DNA of 56,849 nucleotides, filler included, from Sphacelaria rigidula (GCA_964200075.2; 7 parts of 7 records of this genome joined end to end with filler, not necessarily neighbours in it), one strand, 5' to 3'; shown: positions 11,027 to 24,408, numbered from the whole stretch's first letter. Translations and numbers: made by a program. The notes: a model not told the origin generated them from the letters alone.

Positions 11027-13819
11027 CCAGGTCTTACACTCGCAGTGCGATCGGTGAGACGCTCAATTCACAACAACGAGCAAGGACTTCAATCCTGCTA
11101 TGTCGTCCCAGGCAACTTCGCGGTGAAGATTGACTCCGGTTGGTATCCAGTTCGTCATGCAGTTTCGACCTAGTTTCCACGGACGAGAATGCTTGTGCTT
11201 CTTTCACGAAGCAGTCAGGAATGGAAATCGGGGGCGATCGAGGAAGCCACTGCCAATGTTCATCGATTTTCTCCACGAAATCCACCCGGGTTGTATCAGC
11301 AACAACACGACCCGAACAAGGGTAGGAATCCTGCACATTCCGGTCCCTGATCCAACCCACGAAAGGTAACGCCTCTTTATCAACGCGCAAGATCCCAACA
11401 TCACACATGCACATCAGACATGAACCACGGACTGCTCCACAATTGGATCATGACTTAGTTGTTCATGAAGTTATTGGGTCATTGGATTTTCTATGGAAAA
11501 TGATCCTGGGGTAGAAGTTTAACGGTCCGTACCCACAGCCTCACGAGACTGTCAATCATTGTCTCGAGCCGTGAACTGTACTGTGTCCTGACAGACTCGG
11601 TGCTCCCTGTACCCTCAACCGTGCTGTTGACCGTGGTTAGTGGGTGGTACGTTGGTGATAGATAGTTTTTACCTCGGTCAGTACATGAAGAAGAAAATGG
11701 ACAAGGTCACTGCTGTGGTGGCGGTGGCCAACGGTGGCAGTGCAAAGCAGGCAAGTGGTGGATATTGCTCTTCACAAGTTGGAGCAGGCAGTGTACCGAC
11801 AGCTACGTTGCAGCTACATTGCAGCTACGCCCTGGTATGCCTAGTTCCGTGCTGAATTGAAGGTGATGGTATAGTGTATTCGCGGTGTTGTATAACTATC
11901 GGCCTAGAAGAGTGCTGTACTCTGTGAGTGCTACCAACTGGAAGTGCCCGATATCATGCTTGACTGTTTACCAGCATTCAACACAGACGGTATATTATTT
12001 ACCGTACAGTCCGTAGTGACTGCCGCCCGTATCATCCGTTACGGCATGTTGGACGTCCGTGTTGGTTGATGCAATTGTGGGGTCCACGTGGATGTTGCAC
12101 TGTTGTGCTGCACTGTACTGGGTGTAACGTTGCAGTGGAGTACTGCCGGTAGTCCCGCTGCAAGGATCGAAAAGGAGGAGCAACAGTCGTTGCAGGCAAT
12201 CGTGAGTGCAACACAGCCGAAAGTGCTGGAACAGCCACGTTTTCAGATCGCGATGAGACTACAGTATACTCTCATACATCGTACGAGTACCGCTTCCAGG
12301 GGAGCAGTTGAGCGCCCTCTCTGTATATGACGTTTATCTCTATGCGTGCGTGTAATGCTGTACCCCACCGAAGGTAACCAAACAAGGTCAAAAATGCGTG
12401 CGAAGTAGTCGGCGAAGCAAGCAAAGTCGCCGAAACGGTTTCACGCTGTCGAAGGCTCGACTAAAGAGCGAAGCCAGGAGCGTCGACAAGCGTTATATAT
12501 CAGGCGCTGAAGCTAACTAGGGTCCAGGTGGTCGTAACCGCAGCGAAAATACCTGTTCAACTGATTTCTCGGCGCCGCTCTTCCGCTTAAATGAGCTCTG
12601 TCCGCTCCGAACACAATTGCTTTCGTTTCCAGTCGGCAGGGGCGCGAAACGGGAGAGGCCAGGGTCGCTCGAAAGCGGTCAAGCTTCCGAAACAGGCGGA
12701 GGACAATGAAGGTACGCTGCCAGATACGGTGAGACGATGCACGTGCACATGCCAGTAGTTCATCGTCAATTTTTCTTAGAACACGAGGCTATCATTTCGG
12801 CCCACCTCGCCCAACGAGTCCTCCACCAGTGCAGCAGCTGAGGCTGCAAATACGAGTACGCCTGCAGTTTGAAATGGTCCCAGATCATGGGATAGTTGTT
12901 TCCCGTCCTGTGCACCGTGTGGAATTGGTCACGCTGAAACACGAGGTGCAGTGTCTCTGCCGCACTACCCTCTTGCTTTGTGAATATACTTTAGCGCCAG
13001 AAGATGTCCTTTTATCAACCACGCATGAAACGCGGGCGGCGAAAACGATATAACGGGACCTGATCCACACGTCCCGCTGAGAGCTCCCGACCTCCGCGTC
13101 TCCCCTTTGCACCCCCCTACCAAAACGAATACGCCCACTGGTTGAATTACCGCAACAAGGAGAACCTCCGCTCGTCAACAAATGATAAAAAGAACACCTC
13201 TCAGCAACGTCTAGATCATTTCTGCCGGAAATTTCGCTGCATCATGTTTTATCGGATTTGCCTACCAGATAACGTCACAGTAAATATAATGTCAGATAGT
13301 ATTTCCTAGCTTTTTTCACCCTTCCGTGTGATTGCTCTATCTATGGACGTGTAAACTTCAATTTCTTAGAAGAAGCGTCTGAGAGCGGAGAGGAGAGCGA
13401 GGAGGAGGTTTCCGGCAGCGATTCGGACGAAGACGACTCCAGAGAAGAAGAATCCGGCGAAGAGTCCGATGAATTCGAAGATCAAGGGTCAGATTCGGAC
13501 GACTCGGAGGAGATGGAACGTCAACAGGCAGCGGCCGAGGTGTGTGCGTAAGCTTGGAAAATAAATATATTACGTGCGCGGAAGAAGTGGTTTTTTGCCT
13601 GACACCCACGCAGTGGTTCGACTGTTGTAATTAGAAAAAAACAAAAACGGGACAGAAAGCAACTTTGCTTGGTGAGAGATCGAACAGTCGCCATATGGTG
13701 CGGTAAATCAGAGCACAAGATAAATCCAACACACTGAACATATGTTCGATCGTAAGGTCTCCGAGGTAGCAGTCGGTGACCACACTGCTGAAACTAACAA
13801 CAGACCGAAAAGGGTCTCG

Positions 13820-14068
13820 GACACTTTCTACGATAGCCCCCCCCCCCAAAAAAAGTGCATGTTTTGGGGGGGCAAAATCTCCACGTGAATCGAAATGGGA
13901 AAAGCCGAGCGCAACAAGCAGCTGGGAATTCCCACGCTTTGGTTCGCTCTAGCCAATGTCGCCAATATGAAGCACTTTATGCAGCCTGAACACAAACATC
14001 AGGCGCTGTATGGCCATTTTTTAGACACTTTTGGGCTGGTTTGGGGGGGGGCTATCGTAGAAAGTGTC
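13820..14068. mobile_element. MITE with [28 protein letters not shown] and 4-bp TSD CTCG
   Basis: Perfect terminal inverted repeats, with CTCG at 13816-13819 and 14069-14072. Other copies at 17185-17449 (diverged, reverse) and 56764-56849. Confidence 0.88.
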
Positions 14069-16103
14069 CTCGTCAGGATGGAAAGATATACGTTAAATGC
14101 ATGCAGGATCATATCTGTGAAAACTAATCTAACTGCATTACTGTACTACGTATTTAGCTCCGCGTATTTCGCGTTTCATAGGATTCGTCAGACGGAGAAG
14201 ATGATGACAGCGACAGAGATGGGGTAAGCGGCGGCAGGAAGAAGAAGGACAAGGGTAGGGTGGATGAATCTGTCAGGAAAACATGGTCTCTGGCGGCCAG
14301 ATCAAAGGAGATTGAGGCTGCTAGGTGAGGAAGCTGCTGCCATCGTATACTCAGTGAGGAACTACTACCCCTTTTGACCGCCTATACTATTTGCTGCTCC
14401 GAATGTTTGCCAGTTGACAGTCCAACACGGTTTGTGGGGGTGTTATTTCGTAGATGTAGATGGGCGTCGGTTGACATTTGTGGGACTCGCTCAAAAGTGG
14501 TCGTTTTCCAATAGGCGTGTCGCAGCCCTTCCTGCCACGGTTTTGCGGGACAGGTGCACGTTTTTCCCCTGGGTTTATATGTTCTGCTGCCAAGCGGAAA
14601 TATCTTACATGCATAGCCACGTGTACTGCGCGCGCGGTCACTGCTGTACTGTTCTTATTGCTCTTTGATGGCCAATTTCCCGCTGGCTTGTGACCTGTGA
14701 ACGAATAATTAAAATGCAAGGTATCTGCATGGTAGCAGCCTTCTTTCATGGAGGCGTTCTCCCGCTTTCCACCAACAACTATTCCGAATCCCACAAGCGT
14801 CCCCTCCAGCGGCGTCGACCTCGAACTAGCGATCTGGACAGTCAAAGGATTAAGTACAAAAGCTTCAAACCATGTGCTGCTCCTGAGGTGGAGAAACTCG
14901 TGAAATTGTGAGACCTGCAGCACCGCTAGGCTTTGATATCGCACCATCCAGGAAAAGAAAAGAGCATGAAATGGCTCACCGACCCTCAGTTGTTGGTCTT
15001 CATTTTTTCACACAACGGGACGACGGTGTGTTGAAGATATCGCTGTGTTCTCACCTGCTTGCTGTGAGAGCACTGTACTACTACTACACGCCTGCTCTGT
15101 TTTCGAAAGCGCTCTTTGTCGAATAGTTTACCTTTATCGGCCGTGGTTATTCTCGTATACTACATACATGTCGAGCTTGACGAGGCGGCCTCGACGCGGC
15201 GCCCTTGCTCGGTCTTTCGGGCTGTGTCTATATATGAGTTTCAATTGAATTGCACCGCGCTCGCACAAAGTTCTTCACAGGCCATGGATACGACTTCATG
15301 TGTAACCAAACGTTACACTTGAAATCGGCTGGCCAATTCAATCGTCCTCAAAACTTGGCTTACACTATTACTTCGAGTTTGACGTTAAATTTTTCTGGTG
15401 TGCTTTCATAATTCATGTCAAGGTGTGTGTATGTATATGTCCTGTTTCGCTCAGGTCGAACCATCGCTCCACGTTATGTTAAACGCAAAAGCAGGCCTCA
15501 TACGTATGTGGTGTTGAGCAACAACATGAGATCAGAAGCAGCAGACGTAAACGCTGCGACTTGAATACAATTTGTATGCGGGGAACGTGCAAGCTGACGT
15601 TCCGGGGTGCGCTGTAACCTTGGCCCCCTGAATATGTTTTCACGACCAAGTGTCATCATACAGAATAACATACTTTTGCTGCCCATATCGCCCAACGATT
15701 TCGGGCAACAAAAGATACATCGCATCTATACCTGCCTGCCGGCCAACGTATTCGGCGGCGATGAGAGATAGAGCCCATTTTCGTGCCTTGGCGTATCAAC
15801 TCTCTGTTTCCCACATGTTTTTCATGCTTGTTTGTCTTGACGTGGTCGGTATGCGGTTCGTTTCGGTTCGTTTTTTCATGATGCTGTTGCTCAGGGGAGA
15901 CGGAGCTTTGTCGGTGTCGATGGCGATGCACACAGACGATCTGTCTTCGGATGACGACGACGAGAACAGGAACACCGTAGGGCGCGGTGAGGGATAGAGT
16001 ATGACACACGACGGGGACACATGGGTAGATGGATCAGTAGACAGAAACATGAAGTGGCAAGATGAAGCAGATGCACAGAGACATGCGGAGAGAGAGTGAG
16101 GGA

Positions 16104-16172
16104 GAGGGGGGTGTAATCATGATCATGCATGCCATAGTCATCAGACCATTGACCTCGCATCCCTACAATGCC
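16104..16172 (+). mobile_element. Left end of family G element, cut by contig end
   Basis: GGGGGGTGTAATCATGATCATGCATGCCATAGTCATCAGACCATTGACCTCGCATCCCTA matches 958-1018. Confidence 0.75.
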
Positions 16173-16272
16173 NNNNNNNNNNNNNNNNNNNNNNNNNNNN
16201 NNNNNNNNNNNNNNNNTTAATTAATTAANNNNNNNNNNNNNNNNNNNNNNNNNNNNNNNNNNNNNNNNNNNN
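16173..16272. other. Artificial contig linker
   Basis: N-run/TTAATTAATTAA/N-run. Confidence 0.98.
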
Positions 16273-16420
16273 GATGCGTGGTCAATGGTCAAACGACAAA
16301 GACAAGCAGCAAATGAGTACGCCTCTTTCTCTCCCCCCCCCCTGCTCCGTCTCGAAAGGGATGCGTGGTTAATGGTTAAACGACTAAGGTACGCAACAAA
16401 TGAGTACGCCCCCCCCCTCC
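16273..16420 (-). mobile_element. Two tandem ends of family G subfamily 2
   Basis: GATGCGTGGTYAATGGTYAAACGAC...CAAATGAGTACGCC occurs twice and is the reverse complement of 42595-42655. Confidence 0.7.
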
Positions 16421-16673
16421 CCCCCCTTCCCTCGAGCATAACTATTGGGAGCCTGGTCCGGCGACAACCCGGTGTGTTCTGTCCTGGCTTTGTCGAGATG
16501 CGAGGTCAATGATCTTGCTGTGACTGCGGCGTGCAAGATGATGAGTACACCCCTCAGATACATTGACGGCTTTTCCATCACATCACGAAGGAGAACGGGG
16601 GCAAGGGAAACAGGACACATCAGCCATCAACACCGTCAATGGAAACCTGCTTTAAGTTGTGGATGACGCACTC

Positions 16674-17104
16674 AACACAGGATTTCACATATTGGGGATG
16701 GATAATTAATCGGGAATGGCAACCCGGAGAATTAAATTTTTCGTATTCACACCAAATCTTCAAAGTATGCTCCCATTTCTTCACTTGCTGGTACCTGTTG
16801 ACAAGCACTACACGCCATACAAATTTGGATTTTGATAGCCGAAATGTCGGGGTCCCAGATGAAAAATCAATTTCGGGGAATTTTAGGTGTCCGATCGGAC
16901 GCCAAAATTGGTTTTTCACCTAGGACCCCGACATTTCGGTTATCGAAATCCAAATATGTATGGCGTGTAGTGGTCGTCAATAGGTACCAGCAAGTGAAGA
17001 AATACCAGCATACTTCGAAGATTTGGTGTGGATACGAAGGTTTTAATTCTCCGGGTTCTCATCCCCAATAAAAGATCCATCCCCAATTTGTGAGATCCCG
17101 TGTT
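16674..17104. mobile_element. Palindromic MITE (~430 bp)
   Basis: Arms are complementary over nearly the whole length (AACACAGGATTTCACATATTGGGGATGGAT ... ATCCATCCCCAATTTGTGAGATCCCGTGTT). No TSD resolved. Confidence 0.8.
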
Positions 17105-17184
17105 ACTTGGTCGTCAAAGCGTCATTCGACTCGCTGTCACCGTGAAGCATTGCATGTGATCCTATCGTCACTCGTTACTTTCCA

Positions 17185-17449
17185 GAGTCTTTCTATGATA
17201 TCCCCACCCCCAAAAAATAAAAATAAGAACAGCCCAGAACTGTCACGAAGAAAATGGTTATAGAGCGTCTGATATTTGGTTTCAGGTTGCATCAAGCATC
17301 TCATACTGGAGGCATTGGCGAAAACGAACCCAAGCGTGGGAATCCCCAGCTGCTCGTTGTGCTCGGCTTTTCGTATTCCGAGTTACGTGTAGATTTTGCC
17401 TCCCCAAACCAGCCACTTTTTTAGGAGGTTATTATCGTGGGAAAATCTC
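17185..17449 (-). mobile_element. Diverged copy of the GACAC-TIR MITE
   Basis: AAGCGTGGGAATCCCCAGCTGCTCGTTGTGCTCGGCTTTTC is the reverse complement of 13899-13940. TIRs are degenerate. Confidence 0.75.
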
Positions 17450-17521
17450 CTCTCATCAGACAAGCTGCGTTTTTGGTTGCGGTTTAACCTGAATGCATTG
17501 CGTTTTCAAAGGAGAGGGAAG

Positions 17522-17795
17522 GAGGGGGGGGGGGGGGGACTGATGATTTTGGATGCCATAACCATGTTATCTGACCATTGACTTCGAATCCCTAAAAAGC
17601 CGGGACGGAGCACGCCGGGCTTTCGCCGGACCAGGCTCGCAATCGATCACCAAGCGCGAAGCGCCGTTATGTCCTCGGCGAGTTGCATGAAGGGTGAGCT
17701 GCATCCTGCCAAGATTATTCGGTCCGAAGCGTAATTATTATCTCGCATTTGGATGACAGCCTTCAATGAGTTGCTTCATTTTCTGGTATCGCCAC
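17522..17795 (+). mobile_element. Family G element, diverged copy
   Basis: Colinear with 956-1220. Confidence 0.75.
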
Positions 17796-19749
17796 TTCCA
17801 TTGATAGCCACGGCTTACACATTGCTTCATGGGTGCCTCACCATTTTAATACTACGAAGTATGATCATCCCCTTAGCGCGGAGTTGAGGTTCTCCAGTCC
17901 CGCACATTATGATCTACCTCGACCACCATGATGGTTACCGCAAAAAAACGCAAGCGCGCCAACAACCGGTAATAACGTGGTTGCCTAGTTTACGCAGTGA
18001 GTGGCATGTTTGCAGCGTCATCGCCAACCGACGCCAACCCCATAGAAGATCCCTTTACAGCCGGGACGGAGCACGCTGGGTTTTCGCCGGACCAGGAGGC
18101 GGGGGGGGGAACCCAACTAGGCGCCCCAAATCCATTATCTGATACCGAGGCTAGTCATCCATAATACCTGAACCCCAACCCGAGACAGAATCGAGAGCCC
18201 TCGGGCGAGGAGACACACACGGTACCCTCCGCAAAGGGTGGGCGGGTAGACCTCAACACGCGAGCTCAGTACAGTAGAGTATGCTCAGCATGCCCTCGAC
18301 ATCGTGACTCATAAATACTAAAACCATGACCATGCATTTCCAACCATGAAGAATTTGGGGCGCCGAGTTGGGGAGTACTTCAAACACCGTTTTCGTGAGA
18401 TTGAAAGTAGAGCGTTGATTGAGAGAGGGTTTTATCACTGAGCAATGCTACGGTAGGGGTGCACTTTGGGCGAAATCTTGCCTGGTTCAGGGGCTCCTGA
18501 AGTTTTCACGTGCACAAGAATATGGGTCAGAGTATACCCGTTCGCGAATTTATTCGGGACATCCGTAGCACATTGAAATACGGTAGTAATCCTGACATAC
18601 TCTCACATATTTCGTAAGTGGTGTTTGGCATGAGATCAAGGGTTCTTTCAACAATTCTTACTCAGAAAAAATGTGTACACCCCTACCGCAGCATTCCTCC
18701 ATTCGATTTAATTAACGTAATCATTTCTACAGTCTGGGAGTGTTTTCCCTGCCTGTAACACTGGCGTGTGCTTACAGCTACACGCCAATGTCGTACTCAA
18801 GGATATCAAGGGCTCCAGTGGCAAGCTATTACAGCACGCGTATCGAGCCTCGTGGAGGGTCATTTCGGAACTGAAACTAATGGAGCATCAATTTATCGCT
18901 CGTCACTCTCACTTTCACAAAATAATAGTTTTCACTCTTCAGTTGCAAGATGCGACTGATTTCCACGAAAATAGTGCATGGCCTTCGAAAGCTGCGCGGC
19001 AAGTTCAGGTTGCATCGCTGGCGATCCTTTTTGCCTATTCCTCACTGAATTTCCCTTCGGCACACGTGATCAACTAGCACACGTGTTGGTTTTTGAAGAA
19101 AGAAAACACACTTTTCAACGACACGTGTCTACACCCCACCCTCGGGAATGTTCATCTGTTTGTGCTGCCTCAGACAGAATGGATGCGAATAAACACGACA
19201 ACGCTTCGCGGAACTGCCCCGCCTTCAACTCCGACGGATGATAGTCCATTTGAGTCCATATTACCAAAGTGAACGATGGTGCCTCCACTGCAGCCCGTGG
19301 ACCCCAAGGGTGGATCATCCACGTTACGTCCATCTTCAACCGGAAAATATGGTCGCAATCCAACAGGGAAACTGATAACAGTGTGTTTGTGAGACTGACA
19401 GTGGCTCTGATCATTCGCTTCAACATGGCCAACTTTTCATTCGGCGCGTGCTTTTCTTTGCCTTCACCACTGCCGTGTGCTTACAGCTACACGTCGATAT
19501 ACTACTCAGGGATTTAAAGGGTCTCAATGGCAAGCTACTCAGGAAGAATATTGGGCCTTGTGAAGGGGCATTTCGGAACTAAAACGTTTTTTTTTCACTA
19601 ATTGGCCACTCTTCACCCTTAATCTCACAAGAAACGTTGTTTTATCTGCCCTACTCGCGGGTCAACGTAACTATTATTCCGGCGACAATCTCGATATGTC
19701 CACTGCCGGAGGTCAGTCTCAAGTAATCCGGTTCTACTTCGAAAGTGAC

Positions 19750-20300
19750 CTAGATGGCAAATAGACTTGATCGCCTCAGCTTGATATCTGCTTGGGGTTT
19801 CCATTTCTTCTCCGCGTTGACCAATCGTCATCACTCGCCACCGTATTCTCGTCGTGCGTGGGAGAATTCATCACCACATTTTGACAAAAATTCGCGCGGG
19901 ATACGCTCCCGTGGATACCTCGCACATCATGACATATCGTGTGGTAATTCGTTGGATTGTCGTTTGATATCGATGGACCGGAGCATACATGAGGTCGCAC
20001 CTTCTTCGCATAATATAGGAAGCGGAAGGGAGACGGACCTCTCAGCTGCCACCAGCATCCGTAGTGGACCGACCGAACGTCTACTCATATACCCGTGACT
20101 CTACAATTGTGATGGTGAGCTGGTATGTACGAGTCACTTCTTCGACTACACGAGACACAAAAACAGAACACACCTTCCGGAATGCCGTCCTCCTCCACAC
20201 TTTCCGGACGACACCAAAAAAGATTGCGACGGATGTAGGGCAAATCAAGTGGCTACGATTTCTCGCGCCCCATGGCATGCTCCAATTAAACCACGTCCGC
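19750..20300 (-). pseudogene. Possible highly decayed Ty3/gypsy-type integrase
   Basis: Broken minus-strand frames give HGAR...IRRNLFW (zinc-binding-like) and RIPREFLSKCGDEFS (resembles GxPxxIxSDxGxEF). Many stops and frameshifts. Confidence 0.3.
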
Positions 20301-22189
20301 CAGAAACGTTAGTACCAGCGATATCTTTACCTCGGATATTACCCACGCTCGGCACGACGTCAGGTTACTGCTGCCCACCTTGCCCACGAGCGTAGAAATA
20401 ATGAATCGACCATAGCCTTGCCAACCCGCTTGATGCAGGACAAATCTTCAACTACTGCACTCTGAAATGCTCCGCCCGAAATTTTGCCAGTTCATCTTCC
20501 CACGTAATCTATTCCAAAAAGCAGGACACGCTAGTCTCGGGTTCGAGTCACATACTCGCCACAGATGCTAGATTCATAACCCACGGACACGTGCTGCAGT
20601 CATGACATTTTATAGATTCTACCCAAAACGAAGACATTTTGCAACGGTTCTTGGTACAGTATCGACAACCATAATATTGACCCATTTAGAAGCGTTAGAT
20701 AGATACTCATGAAGCGGTTGGCGAAGTGCTGTCTGTGCACACACCGAGTAACTTCTTGCGCCCCCCCCCCCCTCCTCACCCCATGCATACAAAATTACAT
20801 CACGACACGAGTGGAACTTGTGAAGAATAAAAATTAACAGCGTGCATTTTCAGCACACAAGCTGCCAACAGAAATTTCTACCCACGCACTCTATTTGGAA
20901 GTGCTGCCCCGCGTGTAACAGTGAAAACGGACAGGACGTTCACCCTGGTACTCAACACGTCAGGAACGAGAAGAATATCTCGTGCGGATCCCATTGCACA
21001 CCAACGTTGCTTCGACCGTCAACCAGCGTCCGGCATCCAGTCGCCCAGCCGCGACTACCCGTAGTTTTATCGGAGGCGACGAACACGGAAAGCTAACCTC
21101 CCCATTGCCCAGCCAAAATCGACGGAATAATATTCAAAGAACTCCAGTGCTGACGAGCCGATCGTCTTGTGCATCATCGCAAGCCTGCGTTTCCCCTTCA
21201 ACACTTACGAAAGAAAATAGAACACAGAACGACTGGCTCCTCTCAAGGGAACCCACGATACGGAGCCCAACTCTCAAACCTGTTACATCAGAATTTTGAA
21301 GTCAATACTCTCTTTTTTTTTCAAATATTTTACCAACAAACGGGGGGAAGAGAGATTTCCCCGCTACTGTTGAGGATCAGAATCTACTGACGGTAGGCTG
21401 CACGATGGTGGAAGCATCATCTTCGGGCGCCATCAATTCAACAGGCCACCACAAGCCAGCTGGTCAAGTGACGGGGGGAGGCCCGGCCTATTTGAAGAAG
21501 AATGCTCGACGCACAGCAGCAACCGCGCCTGGTGTCTCTATACCGTACGTACTGTGGGGAAAAACCGCTATGGCGGTACGTTTAGCTGCTCGCTGCCTAG
21601 AGTATGTGTGCTGTGAGTGTTGTATCATACAATTCAAGGAAAAAAAAAGCGCGCGCGACGAAACTCGTTTCCGGTATTGTTCCCCGAGTTCCCCAAGTTC
21701 CTACGCTAGTTACGTCCGTCGCTCCAGCCCGCACCGTTTTCCCAGCCGCGCTGCTGGTGAGCTGCAGCTCTGGCATTTTCGACAGCTTTGGCAGTGGCGT
21801 CGTCATGTCGAGAACGCGAGGTAGGCCCATCGCTGTCGGAGAAGTAGATGTGCGCTTGCCCCAGACGAACTAGCATTGCCGCCACCTACAGAAGCGCAAC
21901 AGTGACCCGGAGAATTTCGTTTGGAGGCGATGTGATCAGGTTTTGCCATAAGTTGTGTCTTGCTATTTCGCCATGAGTATGACTCAAAAACGGTCAAGGG
22001 TAAATATTACAAGTGGGGAATAGAGAAATGGTGACCGTACCTGAACACACATGCAGACAGGAAACACTATTTTTCTCATCAATTCCAATCCACCTACCAG
22101 GGTAAACACAGCCCAAGGATTTCGGCTTGTTGGGTATTTTTACTTCATCACACCAATCCAGATTTTTTCCTGTCGCATGTCGAATCCCT

Positions 22190-22425
22190 CCCCTTCCTCG
22201 GGGCGAGTCCGTGGTCTCAAGCCACCAACCCGTGTATCCCCGCCCGGTTCACGCCTTGCATTTTGGTCTCGAGGATTGCGTCAGCACCCCCGCACCGCGT
22301 CGACTCACGTCAAACAAATCAAGTCGGCTAGTTTGTTTGCTCATGCTCTCACGCTTCCCACGGCGGAGATAGGATACTACGAAGAAAAATCCCAACGCAT
22401 CGGGAATCGAACCCTCGTTCGATGA
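22190..22425 (-). mobile_element. tRNA-derived SINE family 1, second copy
   Basis: Reverse complement reads GGGTTCGATTCCCGATGCGT..., followed by the same body as 6600-6840. Confidence 0.7.
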
Positions 22426-24308
22426 TTGGGGAAAGCAATGATCCTGGCTCAGTTTCTGTGATACCGAGCTAAATACTTCGGGCACTACAGACGACAAGGC
22501 GTGATCTCTGGTGTATCGAAACACGAGACCCCCCCTACCCCGCGAGGCCAACCGGCTTTTCACATCGTGTTGCTGCAATCACTCCAAATTGGGAAATATT
22601 TTCCGAGAACGACCTGATATTTCTGCTGATACCCATCGATTCCGGATATTCGAGATATGATCATTAGTCTTCGACCAACTCACAAGTACGTGAACGAACC
22701 ACTGCAGATAGTTTTCATATCCTCGCGGACGTTTATTTTAACGCACGCGGAAAATAATCGCAGCAATGAAGAAAAATACGTTGTCCTCAGCGTTGTCATG
22801 TCATTGGAGAGAGTTCACGTGTACTAATGGAAAGCGACTCGCCGCTAGCGACCGTGCTTGCCTGGGAGCTGCGAACAGGTCGGGAGGAAACATCAAACAA
22901 GTGCACTATAATGTACGTTTGAGGGTAAAAAACTCCAACTGAAACAGAGTTCCGTCTTTGCAATACCGTTTCGTGCAAAGAACAGACATGATGCGCCCCT
23001 GCAAACGAACTGTATACAGCACCTGGTTGCCCATAGTAGTCTCAGCTGTCGCCTCCTACCACGCCCGACATATATGATGACCATATCGCATGCGACAGCC
23101 CTCGTGCTAGTATCTACGTGGCCAACGACCGAAGGTCGTACATGAGATTGGATGATGACTTATGGTAAAAATGAAACACGACGCCCACCTCTTCCTCCGC
23201 CTGCCCGAAGCCGATCTCGCTCGAACCTTCATCCTCGGAGGCCTCTGACGAGTCTAACCCGCTCTGTACGCTGTTCATGGTTGTGGTGCTTCCAGCTGAG
23301 CTCGCAGGACCGCTGCTACTCCTGCCCTGACTTCCACTTCGACTGCTCCAGTCTGCCATGCCTGAAGTTGAGCCATCGACCGTTCCACAACACGAAAACA
23401 AAATAAATTGGGGTTCCGTAAGCATACTCCTAGTACAAGCGAGTGTGTGCAAAAATGTGTGTGACGATTCCTCGGCCTAGTCAAAGTAAATATCTTCACA
23501 CTAATTGGATCCGGGTGACGCGCCAACGCAGCAGCATTTGAGGTCCAACCGCGCACGGGATCAGTTGGAACTCTGGCGTACCTCCAGGTACCTTACCCTT
23601 GAAGGGCAAATATTCGCCGCATAAACGACATGATCGAACCCGGCAAATGCCACAAGTACGGAGATGCACCCCACGATGCTAACCATACGTTCCTTTTGCT
23701 CAGTTACATAATGCGGTGGGAGAGGGGGCGTACACATCAACTACCTATACCCCCCCATCAAATATGCCGTGCTCTCAAGATGTTCAGCGAGAAACAAAAT
23801 GTGCTCATCCCATGCATCTTGACTGTACTGTACTGGTGTTCCTGTTGCAGAAATTTCGCCGTCTCTTCCCAAAGCCGTCACGATCTTGAACAAGTCTCGA
23901 GGATTTTTTCGGACATCTTTCTCTCGAACCTTTTCCAAAAACAGCTCCTACTTATCAAATTTTAGTTTCTCACGCCAACTGGCAGGTGCAACCGTGGCTT
24001 CAGTGTGCGAGCTCACAGGCATTTTCCATTCCATTTTCACCACCAGGGTCGCATTTCATTGGCGCTAGGTTCCGCCGATTCCCTACTGAAGGGTATGTGA
24101 TTGGTTGACTTTCATATTTCACAAGAATTTACCCACATTCACCAAGATAGTGCTCAGATAGATGTTACATTGCAGGAACCAGGAATCACTCTCTAAACTT
24201 TTTTTTTTCCGCAGGGGGGGGGGGGGGGGGGGGGGGTTTTTCGCCCGCCCCACACAACCGGCCTTTCCCCCGCGGGCGACGGGGGGCCCGCGCGCGACGA
24301 CAACCACA

Positions 24309-24408
24309 NNNNNNNNNNNNNNNNNNNNNNNNNNNNNNNNNNNNNNNNNNNNTTAATTAATTAANNNNNNNNNNNNNNNNNNNNNNNNNNNNNNNNNNNN
24401 NNNNNNNN
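24309..24408. other. Artificial contig linker
   Basis: N-run/TTAATTAATTAA/N-run. Confidence 0.98.

Noticed and set aside
11070..11130. VAWDDIAGL peptide resembling the AAA ATPase (spastin/katanin) N-linker
   Set aside because: The frame stops nine codons later, there is no Walker A, and it lies in the Tctex1 upstream region. Treated as chance.
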